Below, one piece after another: positions 11,966-23,096 of a stretch of 64,000 nucleotides of DNA. Numbering within the stretch: the first letter of the stretch is position 1; every line of letters begins with the position of its first letter. The translations under genes were made by a program, and so were the position numbers. Source of the DNA: Felis catus (Eukaryota); the NCBI RefSeq assembly GCF_018350175.1, contig NC_058380.1, positions 73,346,001-73,410,000 of the forward strand. Direction: 5' to 3'. The notes below the pieces were generated by a model. It had not been told where the DNA came from. It worked only from the letters and a program-made list of their open reading frames with translations, and made no database searches.

Positions 11966-12368
11966 AATAAAACCCTTTTTAAAAAGTTGCCATCAGAGCT
12001 GAATCTGAGTGGTAGAAGGGGATGAAGGCTGAGCAAGGGTGGCAAGCCTGGTGCTTGTTTCGAAATGAAGTCAGCCTTCTCTGAACCCCCCTGAAGCCCT
12101 AAGCACATTCTTCTCCTCTGCCTGGAGGGAGGTGTTTCTTGCCCTTTCTCCAGTTTTGAGCATATTATGGCGTTTGCACACGCTTTCTGCTGTCCTTCTA
12201 GCCAGCAAAGACATTTTGCCTCAGGGCAAGATGGTCACTGAACTGGGCACCTGCTCAACTTCTCTCCTCCCTTCTGGATTCTTGTCCTGCAGCTTTTTGG
12301 AAGCTAGTCTCAATTTCTTTGGCCCTGTGGCGTGTGGTGATCACAGCCTCCTCCCAGTCAGCCCAGTA

Positions 12369-12371
<3 letters not shown>

Positions 12372-12408
<37 letters not shown>
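12372..12408. repeat. (GT)n microsatellite followed by degenerate GTTT repeats
   Basis: About 18 GT units read directly. Confidence 0.95.
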
Positions 12409-12411
<3 letters not shown>

Positions 12412-12807
12412 CGTTTGTTTGTTCGTTTGTGTTTGTGTTTGTGTTTGTTCGTTTGTTTGTTTCCACTTAGTATTTGGACCAGCAAAGTATAAGACTAATT
12501 CCTGATTGTGGGGCTGGGGGAAGGCCTTGCAAGGGCTACCTAGAAGAGGAGTTGAGTTGCCTTTTGACAGATGGAACTGGGGCAAAGCTCCAAGGGGAAG
12601 TAGTGGAGGAGCTGTTGGCCAGGAAGGAGTTCAAGTTCCTGGAGAAATGGAGTGGAAAAGCAGGGCCTGGCCGTATCTTCTTGGACAAGTTACTTCTATG
12701 GGCTTCAGCTTCCTCATTTCTAACAACTCTCCCCTGCTCTCCTGGGGGATGCTCCCAGCTTTGGGGGATGGGAGCCGCTGAACTTGGTGGGGTCAAAGAA
12801 GTGGATG

Positions 12808-14460
12808 TTCATTCATTCAACAAATATTTATACGGGGCCTCTTATGTGTAGGAGGAACTTTCTTCTAGGTAGTGGGCCATAGAGAACAAGTCAATGTCAT
12901 GGTGCTCATGTTCCAGTGGTGGGGGGAAAAATACAAAAAAGTAAACAAACACATAATATGCAGGCAGAGAGTGATAAATGCAAGGGAGATATATAAGCAG
13001 AGTAAGGGAATGGTGTGTGGGGGTGGCCGGAGAGGGCTTGAGAAGGGGTGACCCTGAATGGAGTGGGGGAGGGGACTTGTAGATAGGTGTATATAGGGTA
13101 CAGTGACTACTGGACGCAGGAGGAGCCACAGGTGCAAAGACACTGTTGTCAGGACAAGTTTTGGTGTGTTTATGGAACAGGAAGAAGGCCGGTGTGGAGA
13201 GTGCTGGGAGGTGACACTGGAACAACAGGCAGAGTCACATCAGACAGGGCCTTGTTGGCTAAAGTGAGAAGCTTGATCTCACTGTGAGGATGCTGGAAAG
13301 CCATTGGAGGGTTTTGAACAGGGACATGACCTGACCTAATTTCCTTACACAAGGTGGCAGTGGCTAACTGGGGGCCAAGCCCAGTGAGGAGGCTCTGATA
13401 GCGGCTTTTGTGACAGATAATGATGATCTGGGTAGAATAGCAAGAGTGGAGGTGACCAGAGTGGCCAGAGGGGAGAGACAGACAGACAGACACTTTGGAG
13501 CCGGGGCTGATAGGATTCGCTGAGGGATTGAATACATGCAGGGTTGGAGAGTAACTCCTGGGGTTTGGTTAGGGTAATGAGGTTTTGTTGTTTCACCAAC
13601 GGGGATAATTTAGGGAAAGGCCGTTTGAGAAGCCATGTTCTTCCACTCTGTTGTGGAGAATCGGGGAGCTCGGTTAGAAGGAGCATTGAGTGAGGGGCGC
13701 CTGGGTGGCTCAGTTGGTTAAGCCTCCGACTTTGGCTCAGGTCATGATCTCACAGTTTATGATTTTGAGTCCCATGTTGGGCTCCGTGCTGACAGCTCAG
13801 AGCCTGGAGCCTGCTTCAGATTCCGTGTCTCCCTCTCTCTCTCTCTGCCCCTCCCCTGCTCTCTCTCTCTCTCTCAAAATAAATCAACATTAAGAAAAAA
13901 AAGGAGCATTGAGTGTATGCAGGAAAGTGACTGTAATGTTGAACCACAGTTTCAGAATAAGGAGAGAATCACCAAAAAAGTGGGTGATGAACACTGAAAG
14001 TGGTAAGACTGATATACTGGCGGCTCCCACTAAGCTGAAGAAAGAATTGTTGGACTGGAGAATCTAGAGTTAGTGATGGAAGTGGTGGAAAGGGTGTGGG
14101 CCTTTTTTTTTTTTTTTAAGTTTATTTATTTATTTTGAGAGAGAGAGATAGCAGGTAAGCAGGGCAGGGGCAGAGAGAGAATCCCAAGCAGGCTCCGCAC
14201 TGTCATCACAGAGCCCTATGTGGGGCTTGAACTCACGAACCATGAGATCATGACCTGAGCTGAAATCCGAAATCGAGAGTCAGACCCTTAACCAACTGAG
14301 CCACCCAGGTACCCCAGAGGGTGGAACTATTGAAATGAAGATTTTGCAGGTGCTATATTTTTTAGTACTAATGAGGTCTGGGATATGACGGTGGGTGTGA
14401 GTGGTTGAGGTGGGGTAAAAGGGGAAAATCACTGGGAGAGGGTGAATGGATCCACGAGGA
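12808..14460. mobile_element. L2 LINE fragments interrupted by SINEs (13694-13900 plus, 14103-14315 minus)
   Basis: L2 tail ATTCATTCAACAAATATTTAT and L2 body motifs (GGAAAGCCATTGGAGGGTTTTGAACAGGG); the SINE at 13694 has TSD AAGGAGCATTGAGTG. Confidence 0.7.
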
Positions 14461-14492
14461 TCAAGATGCCATGGGTGTCATTTGTATTGCAG

Positions 14493-14591
14493 AACAAGAT
14501 TGTGGACCAGTGTGAGAGGCTGCAGTTTCAGAGTGCCAGCATCACCAAGTATGTGGCTGAGGTCCTGCCAGGAAAGAACCAGGGAGCAGTG
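14493..14591 (+). CDS. BSPRY: BSPRY coding exon 2
   Basis: Acceptor TTGCAG|; NKIVDQCERLQFQSASITKYVAEVLPGKNQGAV; donor GTG|GTAGGT; 99 nt, phase 0-0. Confidence 0.95.
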
Positions 14592-15361
14592 GTAGGTAGT
14601 TATCTTTCCCCTCTACTCTGGACCCCTCCTAGGATAAGACTCCAGCCTTAGGGGCATGGACTAGCCTAGGATCCCTTCCCAACCTCACAGACTCAAACTG
14701 TGCTACTAGCAAAACTGGATGCCCAGGAAGGACGGTTTCCCATCTCTCTGAGCCTTGGTTTTTGCCATCTGGGCAGAGAGGACTATTCCCAGTACCACAC
14801 TGGGGCAAATACTGCTGGAAAATGACTTTCTTGGGGTAAAGGATCAGGAAGCGTAGCATTCTTCCACCATCTAAGTATTTCGTGGTCAGCCCCTGATTTA
14901 CAAAATAACTTCAGGACTTTTACGCTGAGTATTCTTGATGACAGCCTTACGCAGTAGGTGGCAGTAACATCCCTGTTTACAGATGGGGAAATGGGCCGCA
15001 TAGAGGTTAAGTGACTTGCCCAAGATCCACAGCCTCCTGCCAGAGTCAGTTCCAGGGTCTGGATCTTCGGACTCCCAGGCCAGTGCTCCTTCTGCTACCC
15101 CCACTGCGGATCCTTTATTCCGTTGCCCCATTGCCACTGCTGCATCTTCACTCTCAAGTATGTCCCCCACAGGTAGGGGCTATGAATTCTTTTGCACGTC
15201 CCCTCCCCTCCCCAACATGTACATGGAGCAGGCTTGACACTGTCTTAGTCAAGGTTCTTTTGATTGTGTAGAAGCAAACCCAGTTGAACTAGTTGAGCAA
15301 AAGTATTCTGTGTCCATTTTTGCTTCTCTTAGCATGATGGTTTCTCTCTTTTTCTCTATCC

Positions 15362-18300
15362 TTTTTTTTTCTCGTTTTTTTTTTTTTTAACATTAAAATT
15401 TTTTTTTTTTTACTTTAGTCAGAGAGAGAGAGAGGGAGAGGGAGGGAGTGCAGGCCGGGGAGAGGGGCGGAAAGAGAGAGAGAGAGAGAGAACGAACCTT
15501 AAGCAGGCTCCACACTCAGCATGGAGCCTGATGTGGGACTCGATCCCAGGACCCTGGGATCATGATGTGAGCCGAGTCAGATGCTCAACCAACTGAGCCA
15601 TCCAGGTGCCCCTTAATTTCTTGCCTTAACTGCACTGGCTAGGACCTGAGTACAGTGTAGCAGATGCTGACTTCAAGGGGTATACTCATCACATTTCATC
15701 ATCTATGTATTTATTTAACAAATCTATTGAGTACCCACCACATGCCAAGGGCTGTTGTTCTGTGTGCTAGAGATTCCACAGTGAACAATAAAAACATGTG
15801 AAAAATCCTGTTTCTGTGAAACTTACATTGTAGTCCGGGGGGAAGGATAATAACAATAAATACATGCTATGTCAAAAGTTGAAAGGGGCTACGGAGAAAT
15901 AGAACACGGGAGGAAGGATGTTCCTTGTTGAGAACGGGGGTTGCAGTTATCGATGCTGTGATCAGGAATGACCCAATTAAGTATTGATATTGTATTGATA
16001 CAAAGTTTACAGAATGGACCATATATCTGGGGGAAGAGTTCTAGAAAGAGGGAACGGCAAGTGCAAAAGCCCTAAGGTGGGAGCGTATCTGGCACATTGG
16101 AGGAGCAGCAAGGAGGCCTGAGAGGTTGAAGCAGAGTAAACAGGGGAGAAGGCAATAGGAGGTGGAGTCAGAGAGGCAGGGAGTCGGCGGGGAGGTGGAT
16201 AGCATCCAGAGGGGCTTTGCCTTTTGTTTGGGTAAGGTGGGAAGTCACTAGAAATTTCTGAGCACAGTAGGATGACGTGACTTAAGATTAAAAAGGAGCA
16301 CTCTGGGGGCGCCTGGGTGGCTCAGTCGGTTGGGCGGCCAACTTCGGCTCAGGTCATGATCTCGTGGTCCGTGAGTTCGGGCTCCGCGTCAGGCTCTGTG
16401 CTGACAGCTCGGAGCCTGGAGCCTGTTTCGGATTCTGTGTCTCCCTCTCTCTGACCCTCCCCTGTCCATGCTCTGTCTCTCTCTGTCTCAAAAATAAATA
16501 AACGTTAAAAAAAATTAAAAAAAAAAAAAAGCAGTCTGGCTGCTGTGTTGAGAAGGGACCATAGGCAGCAAAGGTTAAAGCAGGGAGACTGAGCAGGAAG
16601 CTGGTACAGGAATCCAGGTGAAAGTCAAGAGTCGTGTGGACATGAGTGATGGTGAGGAGTGTCTGGATTCTATGTGTATTCTGAAGGGGGAAACAGTGAG
16701 ATTTGCTGATGGAGTGAATGCAAGCAAGAAAGGGAGAGGAGGCAGGGTAACTCTTAACTTTTTTTTTTTTTTTTCCTTAAATTTTTTTACTTGAGAGCTG
16801 GGAGGATGGGGCAGCCATTTACCATGGGGGAGAGTTACCCAGAGGTAAGAGCATGGGCATTCATCCATAGAAATGGAAGGCAGAGTATATGGACACAGGT
16901 GCAGGTAGATGGGTAGCCTGACCCAGGGCTCGATCCCACGAACCTTGAGATCATGACCTGAGCCAAGATCAAGAGTTGGACACTCAGCCGACTGAGTCAC
17001 CCAGGCACCTCCTTAAAGTTTTCATTTAAATTCTTGTTTGTGTGTATTTAGTTCTATGCAGTTTTATCACATGTATAGATTCATGTGACCTTTCCCACAA
17101 CCAAGATACAGAATGGTTCCATCATAAGGATCTCCTGTGTTACCCTTTTATCACCAAACCCTCTCCCCTCCATCCCCTGTATCATTGTTGTACAAAATTC
17201 TGAGTTTGGATTGCTAATCTTAGTTTGGGTTTTTAAAAAGGATTTTTGTGTCTATACTCAGGAATGAGATTAATTTATGAATTTCATTTCTTATAGTCCT
17301 TTTCATATTTTGGTGTCAAGGTTATATAAACTCTATCCAATGAGTTGGGAAACAGAACTCTATTTTCACTGGAAGAATTTGTGTTAAGATTGGAATCATT
17401 GTGCTTTGAATATTTGGTGACACCCCCTGTAAAACTATCTGGGCTTGGTGTTATTTTTGTAGGTAGGTTTTTTGTTTTGTTTTGTTTTGTTTTTTTTTTT
17501 AATGAATTCTTTTTTGTTGTTGTTGTTTTGCTTATTTATTTTTGAGAGAGAGACAGAGTGTGAGCAGGAGAGGGGCAGAGAGAGAGGGAGACACAGAATC
17601 CAAAGCAGGCTCCAGGCTCTGAGCTGTCAGCACAGAGCCTAAGGCGGGGCTCAAATTCAGGAACTGTGAGATCATGACCTGAGCTGAAGTCTGACACTTA
17701 ACCAACTGAGCCACCCAGGTGCCCCTGTAGATAGATTTTTAACTACTGACTCATTTCCAACCATGACTATAGTATTCTTTCTTTTTCTTTGGTTTTAGTA
17801 AATTTTTTCTAGATAAATTATATATTTTGTCTATTTTAAAATTTAATGGCATAAAGTTGTTCTTAAATTGTGATTAAAGTTGCCACAGTTTTGTCTGTTT
17901 TGTTAGTCTTTTTTAAGAACCGGCTTTTAGTATTTTGATCCTCTCTTGTATCTTTCTTTTTTTTTTTTAAGTTTGTTTATTTTTTCTAGTAATCTCTACA
18001 CCCAGTGTGGGGCTTGAACTCACAACACTGAGATCAAGAGTTGCATGCTCTTCCGACTGAGCCAGCCAGGCACCCCTCTTTTGTATCTTTAAATATAAGT
18101 ATATTATTATTTCCTCTTATCTTTCTTTTTTTTATTTTTTTATTACATTTATTTACTTTTGATAGAGACAGACAGAGCACAAGTGGGGGAGGTGCAGAGA
18201 GAGAGAGGGAGATACAGAATTGAAGCAGGCTCCAGGCTCTGAGCTGTCAGCACAGAGCCCAATGTGGGGCTTGGACCCACAAACCGTGAGATCATGACCT

Positions 18301-19705
18301 GAGCCGAAGTCGGACGCTTAACTGACTGAGCCACCCAGGCGCCCCTTTCCTCTTATCTTTCAAATTTTTTTCTTTCTAATTTTTTAAAAATATATTCCAT
18401 TGTTTTATAACTCCCTTAGCTGAACACAGTCTATACATTTTAGTCTGACTTCTTTCTCAAGGTCAGCATTTAGGCCAAATATTTCCTTCTAGGTATTGCT
18501 AGAGGTACCCCTCACAAATTTGATGCAAATTTTCATTCAGTTATAAGTTGTTGGGTTTTTTTTCTTTTTACAGTTTATTTATTTACTTAGAGAGATAGCA
18601 TGAGCAGGAGAGGGGTAGACAGAGGGGGAGAGAGAGAACCCAAGTAGGCTCCGCACGGTCAGCACAGAGCTGGATGCCGTGCTCCATCCCATGAACTGTG
18701 AGATCAGGACCGGAGCTGAAGTCAGATGCTTAACCCACTGAGCCACCCAGGTGCCCCTTTCCCACTAATTTCTAACTTAACTGCATTATAGTCTGCATAT
18801 CAGTTGTTTGAAATTTGTTGAGACTTGCTTTATACCCTAAAACATGGTCACTTTAGGTAAATGTTTCTCTGTACTTAACAATATTTTTTTCTTCTAGGTT
18901 TACTGACTGCTGACAGGGGCATTTATAGTTTCACATCATGCTGTGGACTTGTCTATTTTTCCTAATAATTCTGTCCATATTTTGGTTTTCTTTCCTTTTA
19001 TTTCAACTTCTCTATGTACTTACATTTTAGGTGTATCTTATTTTTTTATTTAAAGAAAAATAATTTTTTAATGTTTGTTTACTTTCCAGATAGAGACAGT
19101 GTGAGTGGGGGAGGGGCAGGGAGAGAGGGAGACCCAGAATCCGAAATGGGCTCCAGACTCAGCTGTCAGCACAGAGCCCAACATGGGATTTTAACTCACT
19201 GACCGCGAGATCATGACCTGAGCCAAAGTCGGACGCTTAACCGACTGAGCCACCCAGATGCCCCTTAGGTGTGTCTTATAACTGGGTTTTGTTTCCTTTT
19301 TTAAAAAATCCAACCTGAAAAAAAAAATTCAATCTGATAATCTCTGCCTTTTACCTAGGGTGTTTAAACAGTCTATCACTATTGTGGTTGCTGATACACT
19401 TGGATTTATAGCTATCATTTTATGTTTTCTGTATAGTAGAAACATATAGGAGTTTCTATGCTTTTTCTATGCTTTTTCTTCCTTTCTTGTCTTTTGGGTT
19501 AATCAACCCCTCCTCTGTCTTTGTCCCTATATTCTTGGGGTGCCTGGGTGAATCAGTTGGTTGAGCGTCTGCTCAGGTCATGATCTCATGAGCTCACTGT
19601 TTGTGAGTTTGAGCCCCACATTGGGATTTGCGTTGACAACCTGGAGCCTGCTTTGGATCCTCTGTCTCCCTTTTCTTTCTCCCCCTCCCTCGTGTGTTCT
19701 GTCTG

Positions 19706-19769
<64 letters not shown>

Positions 19770-19790
19770 AAAAATAAACGTATAAAAAAA
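15362..19790. mobile_element. Repeat-dense part of BSPRY intron 2: ~9 SINEs, L2 (~15700-16900) and old L1 fragments
   Basis: SINEs at ~15380-15612(-), 16306-16530(+), 16915-17010(-), 17465-17725(-), 17960-18075(-), 18125-18345(-), 18555-18757(-), 19040-19265(-) and 19537-19790(+); T-rich L1M-like sequence between them. Confidence 0.8.
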
Positions 19791-21483
19791 GTTATATATT
19801 CTACTTATGGTCTATTTTTGGTACCATTAAGATTTTAACACAAATATGTAATGTTTCAAATGACTCAACCTGAGTAATACAAGTACCATAAGAATGCTTT
19901 AACCTAGTAACCCCTCTGGTCTTACATGTTGTCCAATATTTTAGTTAAAGTACATCTTTTAATAAATTCTCCCATTCATAAGAAATATTCCATTTCTGAT
20001 TAGAGATGTCTTTATTGGGACATGTTAAGTTGAAAGGAGTGTAAAATTTTAAAATAAATCACAAGCCGCATTCAGGGCAGTTGAGTCTCTGCTCTCAATT
20101 ACTCTGCTTTTCAGTTTCCTTTCTACTTTTGGACCCCAGGGGATTTCCTTTACTTAGCTGCCAGAGCACCTTCACTTTTAAAAGGATGCTTTGGACTATT
20201 TTCCCAGCATTTCTGTGTTTGGTTTTAGGACGGTATTTAGTTTATTCTGGCATATCTTTGGAAAGGGAAGTTTTTTTTCTCTGCTATCCTTTTCTGGGAA
20301 AGAGTGAAGAAATGTATCGAAATTGATTACGGTCTTCTAGTCGGAGAATATCTGATGCATCTCGGGCGAGGGTCTGTTCTTGAACCTGATCGCATACATA
20401 GAACAAACACTGAGTACAGACACCCACCGCTGTGGGCAAGGCAGCAAGGTGGGATAGAGAGAACAACAGCTCATGTTATCACGTATGTGCCAGGCTTTGT
20501 TCTGTTAACTTTGTATGTAGTAACTCATTTAATCCTCACAATAACCTTATGAGGTAGGTACTATTATTCTACTCGTTTAACAGATTAGAAAGCTGAGGCA
20601 CAGGGAAGACAGGTAACTAACATGCTCAACTGTTCCACAGGTGGTAAGTGGATGGGCTAAGATTTAAATCTAGGCACGGTGTCTAAAGCCTGATTTCCTA
20701 AGTACTTGTGTTATGTGGTCTCAGGGAACACTGAAATTGGAGTCCAAACTCCTGGGTTCACTTAGGCCGTTCATTCTCTTCCTCTTCATTGGGCAAACTG
20801 TGGGTCTCCGTTTCTTCTGTAAAGCAAGGACCATTATCTCCTGCACTTGGCCTGTGAGTGCTACCAAGATATGTTTGACTTAGGAAAACTTTCCCCTCAG
20901 TCATTCAGTAAATATTTGAGTACTTCCTGTGTGCCAGACACTGTGCTAATTACTAGGAGTCACGTCAACGTCACTGGAGAATTGATTTCGTGCCTCCTGT
21001 GTGACAGATAAGAATTCTACCCAGGAAGCCATGGGAGTGGACAGATTTAGGAAGTAGTGAGCTTTTTTCACTCAGAGTCAGAATATCAACTGGACTTCTG
21101 TTGGTATGGATCCTGTTGATGGGGATGACTTTGTAGGCCTTCTGCTCCGCAGTTCTACAGTTCTCTGACCTTGGTCCCTTGCCTTGGTATTGTCAGCTGG
21201 GAGATAATGGGTTCCAGTTGATCTCTAGACCATGCCCAGCTCTTCGATTCTGCGATCCTGCCTCTGTGAGATATGACCTGGATGTCTGGATCTCACATTT
21301 CTTTACCCTAAACCAGATTTGGGAACTCTTAAGGCTGAGATGGCTTAAACACAGTTTCTTCCATTACCGTGCCCGTGGTGGACATTGCAGATCAATCCCA
21401 GCATTCCTAAAGACTGAGCCCAAGTCCTCTTCATCTTGACCGGGCTTTGCCAGGACCCGATTCCTTGTTTTATCCCTCATCAG

Positions 21484-21714
21484 AGCACGGCCAGCGCGGC
21501 ACGGGAACTGGTCATCCAGAGGCTGGGTCTGGTGAGGAGTCTGTGCGAGAGTGAGGAGCAGCGGTTGCTGGAACGGGTACACGGCGAAGAGGAGCGGGCC
21601 CACCAGAGTATCCTGACACAGCGAGTACACTGGACTGAGGCACTGCAGAAGCTCGACACCATCCGGACCAGCCTGGTGGACATGCTCACCCACCTGGATG
21701 ACCTCCAGTTGATT
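21484..21714 (+). CDS. BSPRY: BSPRY coding exon 3 (coiled coil)
   Basis: Acceptor CATCAG|; STASAARELVIQRLGLVRSLCESEEQRLLE...HLDDLQLI; donor ATT|GTAAGT; 231 nt. Confidence 0.95.
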
Positions 21715-22815
21715 GTAAGTCAGGCAGGGGTGAGGACACAGCCAGTGAATCAAATACCCCCAAAGTTTAAAACATCGAGAATGTTTATGAGGTAGGAGCT
21801 GGGTAGATAAGGATACTTTGGAGCAGGGATGAAGCAAGGGAATAAAATTATATGGATTTTTTTTTTTTTTTTTGTACCTGACAGCCATTCTTTCAATAGT
21901 GAGCAAGTATTTACTGAGTATCTGCTATGTGCCATTGTGCCACAGAGTGGAGTTATAGGATACAGCTGTTAGTACCCCACAGCTTTAAGAAATACACAAA
22001 CTGACAACTAGGATAATGGAGGGTTATGGCCCATAGTAGAGGACCTCACAGTCCAGGCTTGGGGGTGGCAGTGGTCAGGGTGGGCTTCCTGGATGGAGTA
22101 ACTCAGAAGCCGGAGCCTGAGAGATAAGAGGAGCAGCTACGTTAAAGGAAGTGGAGAGGTAGAGAGGGTTCACAAATGTGTAGGGGGAGGGAACTGACAA
22201 GATGTCCTTAATCTGACCACCCAGAAACTACTATCGTTAATATTTTGGTACATATCCTTGCAAAATACTTTATATAGATATGCAGATACTTGCTGTTTTA
22301 ATGGGCTGGTTTGACATCGGAGTAAACATGCCACAAAGAGAAATGAGGATGTGGAACAACTGAGCTGTTCTTCACTGCGGTTCAAGTAGGGCACTTTGTG
22401 GAATGCCCTAGATTGTGCATTCATTTAGCCACACAGCTTTCAGGGACAGAGTACATTCTGTCCCGAACACTGGGACAGTCACATTAGAGGATTCAGTAAG
22501 AGTGCCAGCCATCTAGGAGCTGACAGTCTTGGTGGGGGTGAAACGTTAGTAAATATGTGAGTGTCCTCAAGTGTTACTTAGGGAAACTGGGGATGCCATG
22601 GGGCACAGCAGACAGTGATTCATTCTGAGTGCACGATGGGAAGGTGCGCAGAGAAGAACCCAGATAGCTTTGTTTTGGGTCTTCAAGCAGGAATAGCATT
22701 CTTGTCCTAGGGTCTGTCCACATGGCGTCCTCCATATGCCAGTTGAGTACGTTCGAGTCTTGACTACCTGCTGACGTCCTGGTTCCAAGCCTGACTCTGT
22801 TTTCTTTTCTCACAG

Positions 22816-22841
22816 CAGAAGGAACAGGAGATTTTTGAAAG
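22816..22841 (+). CDS. BSPRY: BSPRY coding exon 4 (26-nt microexon)
   Basis: Polypyrimidine tract then CACAG|CAG AAG GAA CAG GAG ATT TTT GAA AG|GTGAGT = QKEQEIFE(R); required to join exon 3 (phase 0) to exon 5 (phase 2). Confidence 0.92.
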
Positions 22842-23096
22842 GTGAGTATGGCCCCGTAATTTGTTTGGGCAGTCACGGAAACCGTTGCATTCAGGCCCTG
22901 CTGCTCTTGGGAGAAAGCCCAAGGCGTGCAGCTGAGTGGCTTCCCTGGAGTCATGCTCCCCGGATAGGGGTCTTCCTGCCCGTAACTTGGAGAACTGCTT
23001 TAGATCCATGTGGAAGGGTAGTGAAATAAATACTTATTAATCAGAGGTTGGCCATGGGCTTTCTTAAATGTTATCCTATGAAAAAAAAATACCCAG

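Noticed and set aside
22439-22480. Hairpin GGGACAGA-GTACAT-TCTGTCCC in BSPRY intron 3
   Set aside because: An 8-bp stem is too short for a pre-miRNA; it is probably chance or a DNA-transposon remnant.
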